Of a DNA stretch of 64,000 bases, positions 9,876 to 19,095 are shown one piece after another. The DNA is from Lysobacterales bacterium. Its GTDB lineage: Bacteria > Pseudomonadota > Gammaproteobacteria > Xanthomonadales > Xanthomonadaceae. The stretch is taken from the NCBI GenBank assembly GCA_038236935.1, contig JBBRZH010000003.1, positions 18,227-82,226 of the forward strand, written 5' to 3'. Position numbers and translations under genes: made by a program. Below the pieces are notes generated by a model, which searched no databases, was not told the DNA's origin, and saw only the letters and a program-made list of their open reading frames with translations. Within the stretch, counting starts at the first letter, position 1, and each line of letters starts with the position of its first letter.

Positions 9876-11027
9876 TTACAAACCGAGCGCTTTGGTTTTT
9901 GCCGCGTCGTAATCGGCCTGCGTGATCAGGCCCAGGTCGAGCATCTCCTTGGCCTTCTTCAATTTGGCCAGCGGGTCGTCGGCGGCTGGCGTCGCCGGTA
10001 CAACCGGCTGCTGCAAACTGCCGACGCCGCCCATCATTCCCGACGCCATGCCCAAGCCCACGATGCCCGCCGCACCGCCGTGCTCGCCCGCTGACTGCAT
10101 GCCCGCGGCGACGCTGGCCTGCAGGTTGGAATTGCCACGCGATCCGGTCAGCGCGTCCGCGCGCTGCACGGTCTTGAGCAGTTCCCGCGTGTTCGGGTCG
10201 TATTCGATGGAAATGATCGCGGTCTTGACGATGGCCAGGCCGCGATCGGATTTCCACTGATAGGCGTTCTCCACCGCATCGGACAGGCTCTTGGCAAACC
10301 CGACCGAATCCTGTTGCAACTTGGTGATGCGATTGCCCTTGCTTGGGTCGTTCGAGTACAGGCTGAAGGCCGGCGCGAGCGAGCCCACCACTTCGTTGAA
10401 CAACTGGCTGGCAGCGGCATTGTCGATGTCGGTGAAATCGAAGACCTGGCCGGGCTGGAGGTAGGACGCCGGCACGAAGTTCTTCACGAACAGGATCGGG
10501 TCGACGATCTTCAGTGTGTAGGAGCCGCGCGTGACCGCGCCGACCTGGGTATTGAGGAAGCCGTCGTCCCAGTAGATTTCCGATTGCGTGCCGAAGCGGT
10601 TGTCCGGCAGTTCCTTCAGGGAGACGAAGAACGCCGCCTGCTGCGACCCCGGCTGGCCACCAAACTTGAAACGCTCCCAGCTCTGCTTGATGAGCGAATC
10701 GCCCAGGCCGCCGCCCGAGAATATCGACTTCGAGTTGAGGTCGTCGGAGTGCCATTCGTACCCGCCCGGCTCGGCGGCCATGCCCGTAATGGCGCCATCC
10801 TGGAACAGCAGCAACCCGTAACCTTCGGGGACGATGATCTTCGAACCATTGGTGATGATGTTCGAGGAACCCTTGGTGTTCGAGCCGCGTCCGGCATTGG
10901 TGCCGTGCGGAACTGCGGCGAACAGCGCCGCCGTGGCCGGCAAGCCGTCCGGGACCGTGTAGAAGTCCTTCCACTGGTCGGCGAGCGTGCTGCCGATTGA
11001 ACCCGACACTGCCTGAATTAGTCCCAT
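9876..11027 (-). CDS. SPFH/Band-7-like domain protein with C-terminal SHOCT (YdjI/'virion core protein'-like)
   Basis: MGLIQAVSGSIGSTLADQWKDF, IITNGSKIIVPEG; C-terminal LAKLKKAKEMLDLGLITQADYDAAKTKALGL is SHOCT-like. Confidence 0.85.
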   Translation of the reverse strand: MGLIQAVSGSIGSTLADQWKDFYTVPDGLPATAALFAAVPHGTNAGRGSNTKGSSNIITNGSKIIVPEGYGLLLFQDGAITGMAAEPGGYEWHSDDLNSKSIFSGGGLGDSLIKQSWERFKFGGQPGSQQAAFFVSLKELPDNRFGTQSEIYWDDGFLNTQVGAVTRGSYTLKIVDPILFVKNFVPASYLQPGQVFDFTDIDNAAASQLFNEVVGSLAPAFSLYSNDPSKGNRITKLQQDSVGFAKSLSDAVENAYQWKSDRGLAIVKTAIISIEYDPNTRELLKTVQRADALTGSRGNSNLQASVAAGMQSAGEHGGAAGIVGLGMASGMMGGVGSLQQPVVPATPAADDPLAKLKKAKEMLDLGLITQADYDAAKTKALGL

Positions 11028-11358
11028 GACATCTCTCCGCGATTCGTGGAAGGGCACAGTCCCCGCCATGCCCGGCGGACTATACATTCCCTAGCGACAG
11101 TCCCAGTGGAAAAAGTCAGGAGGTTTCCTTGGCCCCCGGCTTTGCTCGCCCGGCGCGCTGGCCGTGTGCCTACACCGAACGTCCGTCCGTCCATCCGTCC
11201 ATCAGGACTTCAGCAGATGCGACCCGGCGTGGCATGTCTTCCATTGGCTGCTTGAACTATCGGGGATACATTTTGCAAATGACAGGAAGCGCGCGTCAGC
11301 TTGGGGTCCGGAAAAGCGGGCCAGCGTCGTGGAACACGAACAGGATTATCGTGGCGCA

Positions 11359-12057
11359 GTGAACATTCCAGCAGAGTTCATTCCCGGGACGATCTGGCTG
11401 ATTCCATACCCGGTTGCGCTGGGTGGCGCGCGATTCGAGGCGCGCATGACGATCGTTCGCCTGGGCTCCGGCTCACTGCTCATCCACTCCCCCGGGCCGC
11501 TGGATGATGACCTGCGCGACTGGATCCGCGCGCTCGGTTGCGTGGCCGTGATCGTGGCGCCCGGCAACTTCCACCACTTGCACGTTGCGGCCTGTCAACG
11601 CGCCTTTCCTGACGCCCAAACGTGGATCTGCCCCGGCGTGCAGCGCAGGGACCGCGCGCTGCGCTTCGACGGTGTACTCGGCGAGCAGTTGCCAGCTTCG
11701 ATGCAGGCCGAGTTCGAGCAGGTGCTGGTGCGCGGACGGTTGATGGCCGAAGTTGTGCTGTTGCACCGGCCCACGCGCACGCTGCTGCTGGTTGACCTGG
11801 TCGAGCGATTCCGCGACGACACGCCGAACGTCAACTGGTTGCTTCGTGCGTGCTGGAAAGCCCTCGGCATGTGGAACCGCCCCACGCTCGCTCCCGAATA
11901 TCGCATCGCCGGGTGGAAGGATCGCGCCGCCGCGCGCTCGGCGCTCGAGCGCATCCTCACGTGGGATTTCGAGCGCGTGGTGATCGCACATGGCGAACTC
12001 ATCCAGCGCAATGCCAAGGACGTCCTGCGACGCGCCTGGCGCAACGTGCTCGCCTGA
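11359..12057 (+). CDS. DUF4336 domain protein
   Basis: ARMTIVRL, LLIHSP, IVAPGNFHHLH, EVVLLHRPTRTLLLVDL and WDFERVVIAHGE. Start uncertain (GTG at 11329 or 11359). Confidence 0.85.
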   Translation: MNIPAEFIPGTIWLIPYPVALGGARFEARMTIVRLGSGSLLIHSPGPLDDDLRDWIRALGCVAVIVAPGNFHHLHVAACQRAFPDAQTWICPGVQRRDRALRFDGVLGEQLPASMQAEFEQVLVRGRLMAEVVLLHRPTRTLLLVDLVERFRDDTPNVNWLLRACWKALGMWNRPTLAPEYRIAGWKDRAAARSALERILTWDFERVVIAHGELIQRNAKDVLRRAWRNVLA

Positions 12058-12174
12058 AACCAGTCGAAGGGGCGCGCGCAGTGACGCGGGCGAGCACAGT
12101 GGTTTCGCACTCCATACACAGCTGTCGCTGAAATATGCCTTTACGCACGACCCTGACGTAAAAAAGGAAAACAC

Positions 12175-12657
12175 ATGAACAATGCAGTGGAAGACTTGCT
12201 CCAGCAGATCTCGAATCTTGGAAATGCACCGGTGCCGTCCCAGGCACAGGATCAGTTTCACCAGATTGCAAGTACGACCCCGCCAGACGTGTTGAGCCAG
12301 GGCGTGAACGACGCGTTCAACTCCAACCAAACGCCACCATTTGCCCAGATGGTGGGTCAGTTGTTCGGCCACGCTGACAACCAGCAGAAATCCGGAATCA
12401 TCGGTACGCTGCTCGGCGGTCTCGGAGCAGCTGCCCATCCAGCGCTTGCGCAAGCCGGCATCAATGCAAGCCCCGAACAGGCATCGCAGTTGTCCACCGA
12501 CCAGGTGCAACAGATCGCCACCCACGCGCAACAGGCCAATCCCGGCGTCGTCGCGCAGATGAGCAGCTTCTACGCGCAGCATCCGGTGCTGGTGAAGTCG
12601 CTGGGTGCCGCTGCGATGGCGATCGTGCTTGGGCGCATGAGGTCACCCGGCCGCTAA
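12175..12657 (+). CDS. Hypothetical protein (160 aa, Q/A-rich, helical)
   Basis: AAGGA RBS before the ATG; SDQTPPF-like segment NSNQTPPFAQMVGQLFG; ends FYAQHPVLVKSLGAAAMAIVLGRM. Confidence 0.8.
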   Translation: MNNAVEDLLQQISNLGNAPVPSQAQDQFHQIASTTPPDVLSQGVNDAFNSNQTPPFAQMVGQLFGHADNQQKSGIIGTLLGGLGAAAHPALAQAGINASPEQASQLSTDQVQQIATHAQQANPGVVAQMSSFYAQHPVLVKSLGAAAMAIVLGRMRSPGR

Positions 12658-12824
12658 TCGGGAAGCCGCGCAAGGCAAAATTGCGGGCATTCAAAACCGA
12701 CGAAAAGGGTTTGGTTTATTCCTCTTGTGCGTGGATCGTGGCTATTGATTCGTTCGCGCCTGAATTTCTTCTTTGGTCTTCAGGCGCGGTGTTCAAGCGT
12801 TTGTGTCGAACAGGTCGTCTCCGC

Positions 12825-12846
12825 ACAATTTCACAAATGAAATTGT
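12825..12846. promoter_or_regulatory. Perfect palindrome, candidate operator for the SDR-CIA30 pair
   Basis: ACAATTTCA-CAAA-TGAAATTGT in an AT-rich intergenic stretch about 30 nt upstream of the ATG at 12875. Confidence 0.55.
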
Positions 12847-12874
12847 CCTACTGCTGTGGGTAAATTGTGTCGTG

Positions 12875-13663
12875 ATGAAGTTTGACGTTGACACCTGTCC
12901 TGTCGCCGGTCTCGAGCGTCCCGCCAACGTGCTGGTGACCGGAGCGAGCAGCGGGATTGGGCAGGCGCTGTTGCGGCAGCTGTTGCAAAACCGGCATGTC
13001 GGGCGTGCGTTTGGCGTGTCGCGATCGGCCACGAACAACGCTGCCCTGGACGAATTGCACCGCGATCACGGCACGCGGTTGCACCTCATTGATGCAGATA
13101 TCAGCAACGAAGACGATCTTGCGCAGCTGGCGGAGAAAACGCGAGCGGTCGACGCACTGCACCTTGTGATCAACGCCGCGGGTATCCTCCACGGCGCCGG
13201 ACTTGCGCCTGAAAAATCGATCGATCAGGCCAACATGGCATCGCTTGAACGCGTGTTCGCGATCAACGCCTTTGCCCCATTGCTGCTGGCGAAGGCGCTG
13301 CTGCCGCTTCTGTGCCGTGGACAACCCGCGGTCTTCGCCTCGCTGTCGGCACGCGTTGGGTCGATCGGTGACAACCGCGCTGGTGGCTGGTACGCCTATC
13401 GTGCGTCCAAGGCGGCGCAGAACCAGTTGCTGAAGACCTTCGCGATCGAATGGAAACGCCGCAATCCCCGCGGCGCCTGCCTGCTGCTGCATCCGGGTAC
13501 GGTCGACACGCCGCTCTCGGCACCGTTCCAGTCGAAGGTGCCTGCCGCCCGGCTGTTCGACCCTCAGCGCGCCGCCACCCAGCTGTTACAGATCATTGCG
13601 CAAAGTACTTCGCAGGACAGCGGTCGTTTCATCGCGTGGGATGGGCGGGACATCCCCTGGTGA
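12875..13663 (+). CDS. Short-chain dehydrogenase/reductase, CsgA (C-factor)-like
   Basis: TGASSGIG, INAAGILH, SARVGSIGDNRAGGWYAYRASKAAQN and HPGTVDTPLSAPF. Confidence 0.92.
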   Translation: MKFDVDTCPVAGLERPANVLVTGASSGIGQALLRQLLQNRHVGRAFGVSRSATNNAALDELHRDHGTRLHLIDADISNEDDLAQLAEKTRAVDALHLVINAAGILHGAGLAPEKSIDQANMASLERVFAINAFAPLLLAKALLPLLCRGQPAVFASLSARVGSIGDNRAGGWYAYRASKAAQNQLLKTFAIEWKRRNPRGACLLLHPGTVDTPLSAPFQSKVPAARLFDPQRAATQLLQIIAQSTSQDSGRFIAWDGRDIPW

Positions 13664-13668
13664 AGAAC

Positions 13669-14190
13669 ATGACCGGGTCGCCGGCGGCCTCTCCCACGGG
13701 TCGCCTGATCAACTTCGACAACCATCCGCAGGAGCCGCGCTGGGTGGCGGTCAACGATGGCGTCATGGGTGGGCGTTCGAGTGGGGGCGCGGTGGTGGAG
13801 GGCGGCCAGTTGCACTTCAACGGTGAACTGTCGCTGGAGAACAACGGCGGATTTTCCTCGGTGCGAAGCGTGGGCCGTGATTTCGACCTCAGTGGCGTCG
13901 CGGCGATGGTCCTGCATGTTCGCGGCGATGGCCGTCGATATCAGTTGCGCCTGGCCACCGACGCACGTTACGAGGGATTGCCGGTGTCGTTTGGCGGTGT
14001 GTTCGACACCTGTGCTGGTGAATGGACCGAGGTGCGCGTGCCGCTGAAGTCGCTGAAGGCCATCGTGCGTGGCTCGACGCTGCCTGGCCAGCAGCTGGAT
14101 CCGTCGCGGGTGCGGGAGATCGGCCTGCTGATCGCGGACAAGCGTGCGGGCGCCTTTTCGCTGACGGTGGACTGGGTCGCCGTGGAGTAG
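13669..14190 (+). CDS. CIA30 family protein
   Basis: WVAVNDGVMGGRS, GELSLENNGGFSSVRS and VRGDGRRYQL. Confidence 0.9.
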   Translation: MTGSPAASPTGRLINFDNHPQEPRWVAVNDGVMGGRSSGGAVVEGGQLHFNGELSLENNGGFSSVRSVGRDFDLSGVAAMVLHVRGDGRRYQLRLATDARYEGLPVSFGGVFDTCAGEWTEVRVPLKSLKAIVRGSTLPGQQLDPSRVREIGLLIADKRAGAFSLTVDWVAVE

Positions 14191-14199
14191 CAGCGGCGC

Positions 14200-14272
14200 G
14201 ATCCCCCAACAACTGGATGGGAACGACAACGCCGGCTTGCGCCCTGTCGTCCTCATCCGAAGTTTGGGGATC
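14200..14272. repeat. Imperfect ~28-bp inverted repeat between convergent genes
   Basis: GATCCCCCAACAACTGGATGGGAACGACA versus the reverse complement of TGTCGTCCTCATCCGAAGTTTGGGGATC. Confidence 0.55.
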
Positions 14273-14278
14273 CTGCGG

Positions 14279-15382
14279 TTACAGCTTCACCAACTCCACC
14301 CGACGATTCCGGGCGCGGCCGTCCTCGGTGCCATTGCTGGCAATCGGCTGGTCCTGGCCCAACCCCTTGGATTCCAACCGAGATGGGTCGATGCCCAGCC
14401 CCACCAGGGCACCCAGCACGCTACGGGCGCGCGCCGCGGAGAGCTCCTTGTTATGCGCCGCGGTGCCGGTGTTGTCGGTATGTCCCTGGATCGACAATCG
14501 CAGCGTCGGGTCGCCAGCCAGCATCTTGTTGATTTCCCCGATCACCGGTTGCGCATCCGCGCGCAACGTCGCTTTGTCGATATCGAAATTGATGTAGAGC
14601 GCCACGTGTCCGTTGGCATCGATCGCCTTCTTCATCGCCGCCGCATCGAGCAGTCCAACCGACTGCGCCATCGCCTGGCGCTCAAGCACCACCACGAAAC
14701 CGTGCAGCGGAATGTGGCCGGTACTGATCTCGATCCAGTATTCCTTGTCCGGGGTGCGGATCAGGTAACTGTCGTGCGGGTACTCCGGTACGACCGCGGC
14801 GCCGTAGGCATTCTTTTCGATCTTGTCGCGGCCCCCAGCTGCCGCGATCATCGCGTCGGTGTATTGGCTGGTGTTGATTTGCTTGCCGCCCAGCGCAGTG
14901 ATGACGTTCTCGTAATTCTTCTGGAACTCACGCTCCGAATATGTCCTGTCGCCGTTCTGCAGGGCGAAGTTGTCGTGGAAGACCTTGCCTTCCACCATGA
15001 CCGGCTTGTTGCCGGCGATGAAATACTGGCCGTCGAACGAGACGTGCTTGTCCTTTTCGTCCAGCCCGCTTTCCAACCCCTCGGGCGCCTTGAAAAACGG
15101 AAACGGCGGCAGGCTGGCGGTGGTGACCGGGACGCTGGCCGGGTCGAAATCACCAGCTCCTTGAGCGGGGCCGGGCTCCGCTGAGGTTGCGGCCAGGCTG
15201 GCCTGTGTCGCGACCGCCGTGGCGCCATCAACCGTCATTGAGCCAGCAGTACCGGCCGGTAGCGCCGGCGCGGCGGCGGGCGCAGCAGCCGATGACCCCG
15301 CTGACGCGGTAGCTTCACGGTTACATCCGGCCGCGGCCACGACTGCGGCGATGACCAGCGTTATCCATAAGTAACGTGCCAT
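14279..15382 (-). CDS. OmpA-family peptidoglycan-binding lipoprotein
   Basis: Lipobox-like AAAGC; C-terminal INFDIDKA, IQGHTDNTG, LSAARARSV and NRRVELVK. Confidence 0.88.
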   Translation of the reverse strand: MARYLWITLVIAAVVAAAGCNREATASAGSSAAAPAAAPALPAGTAGSMTVDGATAVATQASLAATSAEPGPAQGAGDFDPASVPVTTASLPPFPFFKAPEGLESGLDEKDKHVSFDGQYFIAGNKPVMVEGKVFHDNFALQNGDRTYSEREFQKNYENVITALGGKQINTSQYTDAMIAAAGGRDKIEKNAYGAAVVPEYPHDSYLIRTPDKEYWIEISTGHIPLHGFVVVLERQAMAQSVGLLDAAAMKKAIDANGHVALYINFDIDKATLRADAQPVIGEINKMLAGDPTLRLSIQGHTDNTGTAAHNKELSAARARSVLGALVGLGIDPSRLESKGLGQDQPIASNGTEDGRARNRRVELVKL

Positions 15383-15474
15383 GTCGAATCTCCCTGGGGT
15401 CCGGTCGCCATCATGCACCCACAGCGCCAGGATTCGGAGGGCAGCTTCGCCTGGCTAGGACGGGACGCGGCGGT

Positions 15475-16788
15475 TCATCGGGACGTCACCCGCCACACCG
15501 CGTTGCCCACGTCATCAGCAATCAGCAGCGCGCCGTCCTTGTCCTGCGCCAGACCGACGGGTGCGCCATACAAGTGCTTCTCGTCGGGCGAATGGAATCC
15601 GCTGACGACTGTCTGCGGCAGACCCACGGGCTTGCCCTGGTTGAAGGCCACATAGACCACCTGGTAGCCGCTGAGTGGTGAGCGGTCCCAGCTGCCGTGC
15701 TCGCTCACGAAGACGCCCCCGTGATACATCGCCGGCAGCGCGTTGGTTTCCGAGAACCACAGCGCGAGTGCCGCGACGTGCGAACCCAGCGCGTAGTCCG
15801 GCGGGATGGCCTTTTTCACCAGTGCTGGCTGTTGCGGCATCACGCGTGCATCCACGTGCTGGCCGTAGTAGCTGTAGGGCCAACCGTAAAACGCCCCCGG
15901 TTTCACCGAAGTGATGTAGTCGGGCACCAGGTTGCCGCCGATCTCGTCGCGCTCGTTGACTGTCGTCCACAGCGCGCCCGTCGCAGGGTTCCACTGCAGG
16001 CCGGTCGGGTTGCGAAGACCCGAGGCATAGATTCGGCTGCCGCCGGTAGCGACGTCGACCTCAAGCACGTCCGCACGACGGTATTCAACGTCCTGGCCGT
16101 TCTCGGTGATGTTGCTGTTGGAGCCGACGCCGACGTAAAGCTTGCTGCCATCGGGACTGGCCAGGAGTGCCTTGGTCCAGTGATGGTTGATGGTGCCCGG
16201 CAGGTCGGCGAACTCCACCGCAGGCGTGGAGATCCGCGTCTCGCCAGTCACGTAGGGAAACTTGACGATCGCATCGGTGTTGGCGACATACAGCGTATTG
16301 CCGATGAGCTGGATGCCGAACGGGGAGTTCAGGCCTTCGACGAAGACATGCTTTTCCCATTCGCCACTGGAACCCGCGGATTTGCGCAGCAGCGTGATGC
16401 GGTTGCCTCCCTTTGCGCCTTTGCCTGACTTGTCCATGATCATGCCCGCGAGCAGTTGCTTCGGCGTAGTCACAGGTTCGGTGCCTGGACCGTTGCTCTC
16501 CACCACCAGCACGTCACCGTTTGGCAACACGAGCAACTGCCGCGGGTGCATGAGTCCGCTTGCGATTTTTTCGATGCGCAGGCCGGCGGCCACCGTGGGT
16601 GACTGGCCCTGCGACCAGCCCACTCCGGTGGGCACCTTCATCGGCGGAACCAGGAAGTTGCGCGGCTGCGGCAGGGGAGGGTTGCCACCGGATTGTTGTG
16701 CTGGCGTCAACCGCGACGCGTCTCCGCAGGCAGAAAGCATGACGATGACGAGACACGCCAGCGCGTTACGGCTGAGCCGATTAATCAT
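15475..16788 (-). CDS. Sorbosone dehydrogenase family (PQQ-dependent sugar dehydrogenase-like) lipoprotein
   Basis: Lipobox LSAC; LYVGVGSNSN, GLRNPTG, VNERDEIG, GWPYSYYG and GAPVGL. Confidence 0.88.
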   Translation of the reverse strand: MINRLSRNALACLVIVMLSACGDASRLTPAQQSGGNPPLPQPRNFLVPPMKVPTGVGWSQGQSPTVAAGLRIEKIASGLMHPRQLLVLPNGDVLVVESNGPGTEPVTTPKQLLAGMIMDKSGKGAKGGNRITLLRKSAGSSGEWEKHVFVEGLNSPFGIQLIGNTLYVANTDAIVKFPYVTGETRISTPAVEFADLPGTINHHWTKALLASPDGSKLYVGVGSNSNITENGQDVEYRRADVLEVDVATGGSRIYASGLRNPTGLQWNPATGALWTTVNERDEIGGNLVPDYITSVKPGAFYGWPYSYYGQHVDARVMPQQPALVKKAIPPDYALGSHVAALALWFSETNALPAMYHGGVFVSEHGSWDRSPLSGYQVVYVAFNQGKPVGLPQTVVSGFHSPDEKHLYGAPVGLAQDKDGALLIADDVGNAVWRVTSR

Positions 16789-17222
16789 TGCCCAGCTCCC
16801 TGTGACCGGAAAACTCGAGTGGCCATGACGATGTGCGCGACGGAAATCAGGGCAACCGTGGCCATCGACAGCCAGACGCCAGCCGGCACCACCGCGTAGG
16901 CGTCGCGCGTGTGGACCAACGTGTTGAAGATGGCTGTGATGATTGCGAACAAGTTGAGCCAGAAGTCGAGGCGATCCATGCCTGACGTCGTGTTGCGTGA
17001 TGTTGTCCACACCTGGACCAGGTTGATCAGGCGCGGAATGATCGCGAAAAACAGGCCAAAGGTGATCAGCCACGCCGCGCCCTTGTCCCACGGGATGTCC
17101 GCGGTGCGCAGGTAGATGACGTCGAACACCAGCGCTGCGACGAAGCAGCCGAACGGGATCGGGTCAAGCAGGGCAAACACGGTGCTGGCAACAATGGAAC
17201 CGGATGCGGCGCGAGGCATCAT
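16785..17222 (-). CDS. DUF2231-like membrane protein
   Basis: LDPIPFGCFVAALVFD, WDKGAAWLITFGL; four hydrophobic segments; overlaps the downstream start. Confidence 0.75.
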   Translation of the reverse strand: MMPRAASGSIVASTVFALLDPIPFGCFVAALVFDVIYLRTADIPWDKGAAWLITFGLFFAIIPRLINLVQVWTTSRNTTSGMDRLDFWLNLFAIITAIFNTLVHTRDAYAVVPAGVWLSMATVALISVAHIVMATRVFRSQGAGQ

Positions 17223-17233
17223 GCTGGGAATCT

Positions 17234-17389
17234 CTACTGGGAATGAAGAAGGCAGTGTGTGGCGCCGGGGGCTGACCCGAAGCGATCCAGATCGAGTGAT
17301 GGATCACCTGGGAGGCAACGAAGCATGGCCCAGGCTGCGTCAACGTGACGTCGTTCAGCGTTCTCAGGGTCCGAATCGAGACCGTTCAT
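17234..17389 (-). CDS. Possible 51-aa small protein
   Basis: GGAG 7 nt before the ATG; MNGLDSDPENAERRHVDAAWAMLRCLPGDPSLDLDRF...; ends 11 nt before the DUF2231 start. Confidence 0.35.
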   Translation of the reverse strand: MNGLDSDPENAERRHVDAAWAMLRCLPGDPSLDLDRFGSAPGATHCLLHSQ

Positions 17390-17471
17390 TGTCCGACTCC
17401 CGCGTTGCTGATGCCCTGCAATCGCTGAACGGGTCTCCAAAAAGGAACCCAGCCCGTTTTTTTTGGGTGGA

Positions 17472-18674
17472 ATGGTCAGCATAATCGGACATCCAGCAGA
17501 CCAAGGGGATGGTTTGGACACCTTGAGAAAAGATCCGGATGACACTGCCCGGATCGCGCAGCCGTCGCGAGCGTTTTGGCATGACGTCGCCGACGTGGTG
17601 CTCAGTACCGACCCGCGTCGACGCATGCGGATCACACTATGGTCGATCTCGGCATTGGCGTATTTCAGCAGCGCCCTCATCTTGTGGTTTGGGATGAGCC
17701 AAGGCTGGATGTACGCCAATCGGCTGGTGCCATGGTGCATGTTCCTGGCGCTGGGATTGGGGGCGATCTACGCCGCGTTGCGGTCGGGATGGACCGAACG
17801 CTTCGCCGACCCGGCGATCACGGTGTCGCAAATCCTGATGGGCGTGATCGGCGTGGAATGGGGATACGTGATCTGCGGCCCGATCCGCAGCGTCGCATTG
17901 TTTCCATTGCTGCTGATCTTCACCTTCGGCGCGTTTTCGCTGAGCTGGCGCAAGATTGCGGTGTTGACCGGCGTGGCTTTGGTTTCGTTGCTCGCGACCG
18001 TGCTTGCCTTGCACTCCACTCGGGATGCAACGACGCTCTGGTCGCTGGCCAATGTCGACCTGCGCATCGACCTGACCAACTTCCTGATGATCTCGGCCAT
18101 GTTGCCCGCGCTGTCCTTTGTCGCGGCCATGTTGTCCCTGTTGCGCAGCAAGCTGCGCTCGCAGCGCGAGGCGTTGACCAACGCATTGTCGGAAGTACAA
18201 CGCCTGGCGACGCACGATGCGCTGACGGGCCTTTGCAACCGCCGCTACATGGACCAGCGGCTGCTTGAGGAGCATGCCATCTGCGAACGGCAGGATCGCA
18301 CGTTCAGCATCGCGCTCATCGACCTGGACAACTTCAAGCAGATCAACGACGTGCAAGGACATGCCGAAGGCGACAGGGTGCTGCAATGGTTCGCCGATCA
18401 ATCGCGGATGGCGTTACGAGCATCGGATCAGATCGCACGCTGGGGCGGCGAGGAATTCCTCGTCCTCATGCCCGGCACGGACGGTAAGCACGCTCAGGCA
18501 TGCATCGAGCGCATGCGGGAGAAGCTGCATGTCGGGGCGGGCTCGCCAGTCAGTTTTTCTTCCGGCGTCACCCAATACCGCGCTGGCGAAACTGTTGCCG
18601 ACATGCTCCTGCGCGCGGATGCCGGGATGTATGAGGTCAAGCATGCTGGACGAGATGCGGTGAGTCTGTGTTGA
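17472..18674 (+). CDS. Membrane-bound diguanylate cyclase (multi-TM + GGDEF)
   Basis: About six TM helices, [22 protein letters not shown], and RASD I-site followed by WGGEEF. Confidence 0.9.
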   Translation: MVSIIGHPADQGDGLDTLRKDPDDTARIAQPSRAFWHDVADVVLSTDPRRRMRITLWSISALAYFSSALILWFGMSQGWMYANRLVPWCMFLALGLGAIYAALRSGWTERFADPAITVSQILMGVIGVEWGYVICGPIRSVALFPLLLIFTFGAFSLSWRKIAVLTGVALVSLLATVLALHSTRDATTLWSLANVDLRIDLTNFLMISAMLPALSFVAAMLSLLRSKLRSQREALTNALSEVQRLATHDALTGLCNRRYMDQRLLEEHAICERQDRTFSIALIDLDNFKQINDVQGHAEGDRVLQWFADQSRMALRASDQIARWGGEEFLVLMPGTDGKHAQACIERMREKLHVGAGSPVSFSSGVTQYRAGETVADMLLRADAGMYEVKHAGRDAVSLC

Positions 18675-18800
18675 ATGTGCGCGCAGGTGGGCCGCATCAA
18701 GCCAATGTCTGGAGGGCGCTCCCACTTCGGCCTGGTTGCGTCGAAAAATAAAATCCCGGTGTTCAAAAAAACATCGCAGCGCGGGGACCCTTTCGACGGT

Positions 18801-18968
18801 CGCAACGTACACCTCCGATCGCGTGCGCAGCTGCGCGTTGGAGCCGAAGACCAGGTCGGCGAAGGTCGCCGTCCAGCGGACTTCGCCTGTCTTGCGGTCA
18901 TGGCCTTCGACCACGCCCGGTATGGTGTCCGACTTCTGTCATGCGGTGCGCATGTCGAGCAGGTTGAT
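18801..18968 (-). pseudogene. katG: Catalase-peroxidase C-terminal fragment with an in-frame stop
   Basis: Reads [55 protein letters not shown], matching the KatG NLLDM.T.W...EGRDRKTG..KWT.T..DLVFGSNSQLR...EVYA motif; the W codon is TGA (plus-strand tca at 18939-18941). Confidence 0.8.
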
Positions 18969-19024
18969 GCCGGAGCGGAAAGCATGAGCCGGCTTGCACG
19001 GTCGGCGGATTGCGACCGTATCAG

Positions 19025-19059
19025 CGTGCCGCCGGAACCGGCGGCATTCCGGCGGCACG
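19025..19059. terminator. Strong GC hairpin just downstream of the TIR/STAND cluster
   Basis: 13-bp perfect arms CGTGCCGCCGGAA / TTCCGGCGGCACG; no U-tract. Confidence 0.5.
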
Positions 19060-19095
19060 TCGATTTCCCGATTCCTTCAGCGAGGCAGCGTTCGT

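Noticed and set aside
11180-11203. GTCC/ATCC 4-nt microsatellite as a phase-variation site
   Set aside because: It is short, impure and intergenic, and not clearly within a promoter or CDS.
17230-17470. c-di-GMP riboswitch upstream of the diguanylate cyclase
   Set aside because: I could not find the GEMM-I core (GGCAAAC / GAAA tetraloop architecture). An Rfam scan would settle it.
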